64,000 bases of DNA from Piromyces finnis finn (lineage: Eukaryota; Fungi; Neocallimastigomycota), in NCBI GenBank assembly GCA_002104945.1, contig MCFH01000002.1:1488001-1552000 (forward strand), read 5' to 3'. The translations under genes were made by a program, and so were the position numbers. The notes under the pieces are model-generated. The model saw only the letters and a list, made by a program, of their open reading frames with translations. It made no database searches and had not been told where the DNA came from. Below, piece by piece: positions 55,975 to 64,000 of this stretch. Numbering within the stretch: the stretch's first letter is position 1; the number at the start of each line of letters is the position of its first letter.

Positions 55975-57560
55975 TATGAATTGGACAAAAAGGATTATTC
56001 AGAATCATCTTTATATTATTATTTGATATTGTATGTCTAACGATTTTGAATATTTCTAAATTGTTATTTATAAGGATTTTATAACATACCATTTATTGAT
56101 AATTTATTAATTTAATGATTCATATAATCAATTTATTTTTTTGAAGAAAATAATAGTAATGCTTTTAATAATATCAATAATTATAATGAAAATGATGATA
56201 ATAATAATAAAGATGTAACTAAGGATGATTAATAATAATATCATTAATAATAATGATGATAATATGATAATATAAATAACAATGATACAATTATTAATGC
56301 TTTAAATGATAAAATTTTTAAATACTTAATATTTATAGAATAAAAATATGATTTGATTGTGAATTTTTTATATAACTTCAAATTTAGATACTTATCACAA
56401 AAGCTAGTATGCATTTAAGAATTTAATTATTGATAAAAAAAATTCCCTTTTCAAAGTCAATGGAATTCTAAATATGCCAACAAGATTCATTACTCCTTCA
56501 AATAATGAAGCTAAACTTAATTTTTGAATATTCTAATGATCATTTAAATAAAGTAGTCATATACCGTGTCATGGATTCAATCTAAACTTTGGAAATATTC
56601 TAAAGATTCATATCATAAAATATAATACTTTATAAAACTTAAATGCTGGAATCTTACATAGAAAAAATATGATGAAAAGTCCTCAGATTCTGATTATATT
56701 ATATATGATAAACATCAATATGAATTAAAGATGCAGGCTAGTTCTATTCATGGATGTCTTTGTTCAAGTTCTTTAAAGTATTTAATATTCATACAAGGTA
56801 TTGAATGTATCACAGGAATGGAAAAAAAATTACTTGAATAAAACAATTGATTAATTTTGTAAAAATACCAAATCTATGGTGATGAAGATTCATTTCTAAT
56901 CAAGTATAAAAAGGAGTATTGGGAAAATATAGATAAATAAAAATAATTTGGATAATAATAATGATGATTATGAAAATAATAATAATAATATATTATATAA
57001 TAAAGTGAAAGTAAAAGTAATAAAGATAATTATGATACTAAAAACATTGATGTAAGTAATTTTATTAAAGAATATTGTTTAGTTGCAGAATATATTACAA
57101 ATCAATTATGGAAAGCATTACATATATTAAATTATGGAAACACATTTAAAAAAAAATACAGTGGTGTTTTGGTAAATACAACTAAATTGTATATTAAAGG
57201 AATAGATATTATTAAAAAAATGCTTGTATTTTTATTAGAAATTATTGTAAAATATTCTTATGTATGATTCTTTTTGATTATCCAGAAAAACAGTTGATTG
57301 TGAAATTGTCTATTGGTACAAAACGTGTTATTTTATGTTTTATTATTTGGTAATAGTCATAAAATATATAATTTAAATTACATAATTGTTGTAATATTAT
57401 AGATATCAATTCATTTTCGTTTAATAAAAACTCAAATATATTTGGAGATTAAATCATGTCTTTAGATCTTCTTATAAAAGTAACTAATAATAAAAATATT
57501 ATTAAACCTAAACTAGATTATTATTATTATTATGTAGAAGCAGGATTCAAAAATTTATTA
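55975..57560 (+). pseudogene. Degenerate coding-like relic of unknown family
   Basis: Raised G/C and codon-like texture; short peptide stretches broken by frequent stops and frameshifts. Boundaries are approximate. Confidence 0.35.
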
Positions 57561-57899
57561 AAAGTTTTAAATACCAATATTAATGATTTATTATAATTTA
57601 ATTTGCATTTTAAATACAATTAATAATTCAATAAAGAAACTTAAAGTAATTTTTTATTTAAATATTCATCTTACGTACCAAGGATTTTAAAAAAATTTTA
57701 ATTTTTATTGATATTTTTAAAAATTACATTCAAAGATATATAATATTGAATTATGTATTAAAAACAATATGCTTTATACTTTATAATAAAAGTAATCTTT
57801 TACTTTTTTTAAACAATAAAAGTTTTAGACTATTTTCCTTTTTAAAAAAAATTATATAATTTAGTAAATTAAAATATTAAAAATATGAAATAAAATAAT

Positions 57900-58850
57900 A
57901 TTAAAATAGAAACGTAATATTACTTTTAGTATTTATTATTCCTTTTCATTCTTTTTATTCTTTTCAGTGTTTTATTCTTCTTTATCATTTTATATTCCCG
58001 TAATTAACTCTGAAGGTATAGATGATAAAATCATTTTTTACATCATAAAATGCATCTTTAATTACGTTATTAAAGATAATAGTGATATAAAAGAATAATT
58101 AACATTTTTATTCCAAAACGAGACATTGGTGTAATTGCATTATCATGGCACATAAAATTACTTTGTAATTCTATATGTTGGATATTTTATAAAAAAGTAT
58201 CTGCATTCACAATTCTGTATACATAATTCAAAATAAATAGGCATTGAATTAACATATACCAATTACATAGATCGTTCCATATTAATGTATTCATTACCAA
58301 AAGACCCTCTAAATCTAAATCTATAATCACTATAAAAAGCATCGTCTGAAGCATTCAAAATAACTTTAACTAATTAATACCTTTAATTCCAGATAATACA
58401 ACATTATTTATTATTTTTTCAATATCTTCTTTATTTAAATTAACGAAACCACTATCAAATAGATAGTATCTATCATATTCATCAAATTTAAAGTTCTGTT
58501 CATTAAGATAATCTATTATAAAATTACTTTCGTTTTCATTATTATTAGTTTAGTTTTATTATTGTTTTCATCATTATCATTTAATGCCTGTATAAAAATA
58601 CTTAAACGTATTTGCATCCATCATATAATCAACTTGATAAACATCAGCCAATTAAGAATTTTTGAAGCAGGTTGAGTAAGTTCAATATAAAAATCTATAA
58701 GATTTATAGGATTCGCATGTAAATAGTATATTGTTTTCTCAATATAATCTTTTAAAGTTGTAAAAATAGTTTGTGAATGAAATTTAAAATTAAATATAGC
58801 ATAGCGACAAAGGTAAAAACGAAGAATAAATCCATTATATACAACATTTT
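57900..58850 (-). pseudogene. Degenerate coding-like relic of unknown family
   Basis: Fragments such as FTCESYKSYRFYIELTQPASKILNW, DVYQVDYMMDANTFKYFY and DRYYLFDSGFVNL lie in shifting frames with stops. Confidence 0.4.
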
Positions 58851-60031
58851 AAAATTACATAATTTAATATCATATATTCCATATCATTTATTATTCTCTT
58901 CTACTTCTTTAATTATATATATATTAATATTATTACAAAGATAAGAAAACCTTTCTTCATTAAAATATAAACTTTTTTTTGAAGGTAATTTATTATACTA
59001 AATAATTATATTTATTTTTTAAATGTAAAAATTAAAATTCTTATTTATGATCCAATAATAATAATTAATAGATTATAATATTTGATTTTATTAGTCTAGA
59101 TTATTCATATTTTTAAATATATGTACAATAAATTATATTTACTATATTAATAATAGAAATATAAAAGTTATTAAAAGTTTATACTTTAATAAAATAGATG
59201 AAAAAATAAAATGTTCAACATCACATTCAAAGTATTAATAACTTGTGTATTACTAAATCTTTTATTAATATCACTGTAATTATTTTATCTTTTGTATAAA
59301 ATGAACATTTTTATATTAAATATTTTATGGATAGTGTAATAGAAACACAACAATATATAAAAGAATTTCATCTTTTATTTATATTTTATTTGAAATTTTG
59401 GTGCCATAGTATATATTAAAAAATTATAATTTTAATAAACTTTAAATAATATTAAATCGTTTAATCGTTTTAATAAACTAATTAATTTTATGGAATAAAT
59501 TAAATTATATGATATGGTAGATCCATTTCTAAACTAATTAGAAGTAAATTGTATAAATAAATATGTTATAATAAATATAAACTCGAATAGATATTTTCTG
59601 TATGAATAATTACTAAACAATAAATAAATATATAAAAAGATTTAAAAAATATTATTTTTTGGTATAAATTTTTTTAGAAAACAGAAAAATTACATTAATA
59701 TGTATATTAAATTGAACTTCTTTTATATGATAAAATTAAAAATGTATTTATGATTTTACAACTAGCCTCAAAGTTTAAAATTCATAATGTTTTTTTTTTT
59801 TAACTTTACAATTATTATTATTATTACTGAAAAATAAATAATAATAATTGTATATATACCTTTTTTGATTATCATTTAAAAATAACAAAAGTTTGTGTAG
59901 CAATTTGTTAAATATATTAGCCACTTTTTTATTTATTTTTTTTCTCCTTAAAATCTTATTGCACGTGAGGATAATAAAAAAATTACTAAAAAAAAATATT
60001 GAAATTTTGATATTATTAAAAATATTATATT

Positions 60032-60112
60032 TTAGTAATTAAACTAAAGTATATTCAATATAAAAAAAAACAATTAGTAATTAAACTAAAGTATATTCAA
60101 TATAAAAAAAAA
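60032..60112. repeat. 42-bp tandem duplication
   Basis: ttagtaattaaactaaagtatattcaatataaaaaaaaa at 60032 and 60074. Confidence 0.9.
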
Positions 60113-61204
60113 TAAATAAAACAAGTATTGATACTAGTTTACTAATAAATGTAGTTAAGCCTTTTAAGATATTTATTATTTTTTATCCAATTATTTGATA
60201 TAAATTTTTAATTATTTATTGTTGTAACCATAGAAACTTGAAATATATTTAATTGGGTTAAAATATATTTTGATGGTATGTAAATAAAATCATAATTTTT
60301 AAAATTGAAAAAGTTGATTATTAATTATTACTATAGAATTATATTCCAAACTTTTTTATTTATTATAATAATAATATTTATAAAAACATTCTTATGTAAT
60401 TCTAATAATTTTTTTCTTATTTATCTATTAAATAAAAGTATTGTTTATAAAACTATTTTCTAAATCCCATATTCAATTTAAAATTTTATAAAATTAATCC
60501 AAAACTTCACCATTCATTTTTTGTGGTAGTTTAATTAATATATGTAAACAATATATTTAAAGTATATTTATATGTATTAAAAAGATAAATAAATATATGA
60601 ATTTTCTTAGCATTTATTTAATTATTTATTTAACTTTAATATTTCAAAAAAAATTTTATTTACTAAATAAAATTTCAAATAAAGTTATTAATAATGTAAT
60701 CAAATGTTTTTATTTTTTTTTTATTTATAATAATCCTTAATTAAAATAGGAAATAAAAGAAGTACTTACAAATTAGATTTATTTTACCAAAACTATTTTT
60801 ATTATTATTAATAAATAAAGTAAATAAATAAATTGTCCAAGAAAAATCATACACTAATATATGAAAAATATATCATTTTGATATATTATTATAATTATTG
60901 AAAATATATTTGATATTTGTAAAATTGATAGTAAAAATACAAAGTGAAGATAATAAAATTTTAGTTATGATGTAATTTTTATTTGTTTAAAGTAAATTGG
61001 TAATAAATATATATAAAAAATGTATACAATTTATTATTAATCGAGTTGATGATAGCATATTACATTGTTATGAAGAAAATAATTCAATTTAAATTAAAAA
61101 AAAAAAAGTATAAAAGATAAAAAAATGTATCATATTTTCTTCTTCATCATTAATAAATATTAATTTATAATATTTTTAGATTATTAATATAAAAAAATAA
61201 CAAA

Positions 61205-61972
61205 ATGGCTTATGATGACGAATATGTTTACATTACCGATGATGAAGGTGATTACCTTGAAGATGCTAATGGTAACATTATTACTCCACAAGAAGCCCAA
61301 CAAAGAGGCTTAATTTCTGAAGTTCAATCAACTGATCGTGCTCTTTCAGCTACTGCCAAAAAATGGTTAATTGGTGGTGGTGTTGCTGCTGGTCTTGCTG
61401 CTGCTCTTGGTGGTGGTGCTTACGTTATTAATCAACAACTTAAAAAAAAGAAGAAGGTTAAGAAGAGTGAAGTCCAAAGTAAGGATAGTAATGAATTAAA
61501 CAATCAACAACAAAGCCAACAAGGTCCACAAGGTGGTTTTGGTGGTCCACAAGGTGGCCGTCCACAAGGACAACAAGGTGGTTTCGGTGGTCCACAAGGT
61601 GGCCATGGCCCACATGGTGGTCCACAAGGACAACAAGGTGGTTTCGGTGGTCCACAAGGTGGTCATGGCCCACATGGTGGTCCACAAGGACAACAAGGTG
61701 GTTTTGGTGGTCCACAAGGTGGTCGTCCACAAGGACAACAAGGTGGTTTCGGTGGTCCACAAGGTGGTCATGGCCCACATGGTGGTCCACAAGGACAACA
61801 AGGTGGTTTTGGTGGTCCACAAGGTGGTCGTCCACAAGGACAGCAAGGTGGTTTCGGTGGTCCACAAGGTGGTCATGGCCCACATGGTGGTCCACAAGGA
61901 CAACAAGGTGGTTTTGGTGGTCCACAAGGTGGCCGTCATCAAGAACAACAAGGTAGTTTCGGTCTTTTTTAA
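61205..61972 (+). CDS. Single-TM protein with polybasic patch and Gly/Gln/Pro/His oligopeptide repeats
   Basis: 255-aa intronless ORF with strong GGT/CAA/CCA codon bias. Acidic N-terminus, Gly/Ala-rich hydrophobic segment (aa 54-75), KKKKKVKK, then 7 copies of PQGQQGGFGGPQGG separated by R or HGPHGG. Confidence 0.85.
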   Translation: MAYDDEYVYITDDEGDYLEDANGNIITPQEAQQRGLISEVQSTDRALSATAKKWLIGGGVAAGLAAALGGGAYVINQQLKKKKKVKKSEVQSKDSNELNNQQQSQQGPQGGFGGPQGGRPQGQQGGFGGPQGGHGPHGGPQGQQGGFGGPQGGHGPHGGPQGQQGGFGGPQGGRPQGQQGGFGGPQGGHGPHGGPQGQQGGFGGPQGGRPQGQQGGFGGPQGGHGPHGGPQGQQGGFGGPQGGRHQEQQGSFGLF

Positions 61973-62594
61973 ATTGATGTTTAAGATCAAAAATGTAAAA
62001 TAATTACAATTCATTTAATCTACTTATTTTATATTCAAGAATTCTGTAAATTTAAAAATATTAAAATTTAAAATCTCATCATTATAGCGTTTAAGCCCAA
62101 AATTTAAAATAATAAACAATAATAATAAATTTTATCCTATCATAAATAAAATAAAATAGAAACATCAATATTTAATGTGATAAATATATATAATATGGTA
62201 TATTTACTTTAATAGCACAAATATTAAATGTATATAATTTATAAATAAATAAAATATATAATTAAAAAAAATTAAAAACAAATTTAATATTACTTCCTAT
62301 GTGTTGGATTAACTGTTATGAATATTACTAAAAATTAAATATATTTTATATTGATAATTCTACTAAAAAGATCAATTAACTTTTTTTTTTAATAAAAAAC
62401 TTTTACAATATAAAGAACAGGTTTAATGTTTTCATGTATGTAAAACTCAAATTGCATTAATTTGTAAATTATATTCTTAAATATGAGAAATATATATGGT
62501 ACAAATTCAGTAGTACTCTTGATATAGAAATTAAAGAAATATAAGGATGTTTAAATTTTTATTAAAATAATAGTAGTTAAAATATTTGCTGCTA

Positions 62595-63550
62595 CTAAAA
62601 AATAATGAAGATGTTGGAAAAAATTTCAAAGGAAAATCAATTATATCACAATATTGTCATGAATACAAATTTGAAGAAATTAAAGATTTTATTAAATTAT
62701 ATTATGAGCTCCAAGAGTTTTCATATAACTTTTACTGATTATTGAAAGCAATTAACAAAGAGAATTTAAATACAATAGTTACTAAAGATGCTAAATTAGG
62801 TTATTCAGTTTGCTCATATTACAATTCATGTTACAAAAGTAAAGTATTCAACATAAGTTAATCGAAATTTAATGATATTCGTATTATAAATTATCAAGCT
62901 CAAATATTCAATTATCTATAAATAATAATAACAACAATAATAAAAATAATTGTTTTGATAATAGATAATAGCAACAATAGAGATAACTGTGATCCTATTA
63001 ATAATAGTAAAATGCTATTAATCAGCATAGTGAAGATGATAATTATAATTCTTTAAATTTGAATAATTATTTTAATTTAGATATTAACATAATTAATGGT
63101 AATTTTAATTGTATAGTAAATAGTAAATATTAATATGTATAATAATTTTAATGTGTACAACAAAAAAAAAATAAAATTCTTTTTTGGAATAAGTCTTAAC
63201 AATAATAGTTTAATAAAAGAATGAAAAGAACTATATATATGTGTCAGATGAAATTAGGCACATTTGAAATATCTTCATTTTTGACAGTCAATGAGTAACT
63301 TTTAATTAAAAGCATGTTTATGTTATTAACCAACAATAATAATAGCCAATATTTTGAAGTAAAAATTATGAGTCAATGTTGAAGAAACAGTAAAGCAGGA
63401 TAGTCAGTATAACCAATGATGATCAATATATTAAATCTTGTCTCCTGGCAAATTTGATCTTTGAATATTAATTTTATTTAATGTTTAATCCAATTATTAC
63501 TCTCAATATAGTCTTTCTTTAATTAAAATTACTAGAATGCATTATACCCG
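62595..63550 (+). mobile_element. Heavily decayed 3' fragment of the same LINE family
   Basis: Aligns by eye to about 47090-48150 (gattttattaaattat, tattgaaagcaa, gaagaaacagtaa, ttaattaaaattactagaatgcattatacc). Confidence 0.85.
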
Positions 63551-64000
63551 TTTGTGTTTAATTAAAGTTTCTTCTAATTACTTAATATTTTAAAAAGATT
63601 AATTATTATAATTAATATTATTAATTGTAATCTATTTTTTTTATTAATATATATGAAAATTATAAAAATTACTATTCTTATTCTCTTTCTATTTACTATA
63701 TAGTTGAATGTTAGAATGATAATTAATCAGTTTATTATTATTTGATCGATCCTACAAGCTCTTATTTTTTAATTAATATAATAAAAATTTTAAAATATAC
63801 TTATCTGTTAAAAAATATTAAAATTCATTAAAACAAATATTAATCATTTCTCTTAAATATTAAACTCTTTTTTAATGTAACTTAATGCATGTTTAATAAT
63901 AAACGCTCGATTATTCTTCTATTTATAATTATTAATTATTAATTATTTATTATAAAATTTAACTATATTTTTATTGATATCTTGACTTTAAAGTAAATCT

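Noticed and set aside
59962-59967. CACGTG E-box
   Set aside because: A single hexamer about 1.2 kb from the nearest ATG, with no supporting evidence.
61520-61935. Regular repeat array as a CRISPR-like locus
   Set aside because: The repeats are in-frame coding units without unique spacers, in a eukaryotic context with no cas genes.
49190-63550. RIP-like silencing of old LINE copies
   Set aside because: The G/C to A/T changes occur in mixed contexts by eye and fit genome-wide AT bias; a formal dinucleotide-context count would be needed.

Overview
Extremely AT-rich eukaryotic DNA with short GT-AG introns, long homopolymer and microsatellite tracts, and fungal-type housekeeping genes. This is most consistent with an anaerobic gut fungus (Neocallimastigomycota, hydrogenosome-bearing); the taxon is inferred, not proven. 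Genes in order: ILV2 (-), VTA1 (+), SNX41/ATG20-like PX-BAR (-), two tandem S8 subtilases (+), an unknown multi-TM protein (+), an unknown coiled-coil protein (-), STT3 (-), PRS1-type PRPP synthetase (-), RIB1 (-), DBP5 (-), CPA2 (+), an orphan 317-aa ORF (+), and a single-TM protein with Gly/Gln/Pro/His repeats (+). Two features are missing from the ORF track. One is a spliced 51-aa Tom5-like microprotein (39244-39497). The other is an intergenic box H/ACA snoRNA candidate (about 29328-29488) whose 5' pocket fits the conserved 18S rRNA site modified as Psi120 in yeast. A nest of one LINE family lies at 46-51 kb, with another relic at 62.6-63.5 kb. It includes a young 5'-truncated copy with poly(A) and a 13-bp TSD inserted into an older copy of itself, and a strongly base-paired segment at the probable 5' end of another copy. 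ILV2 naturally carries substitutions at three known herbicide-resistance positions. No CRISPR, rRNA or tRNA was found.
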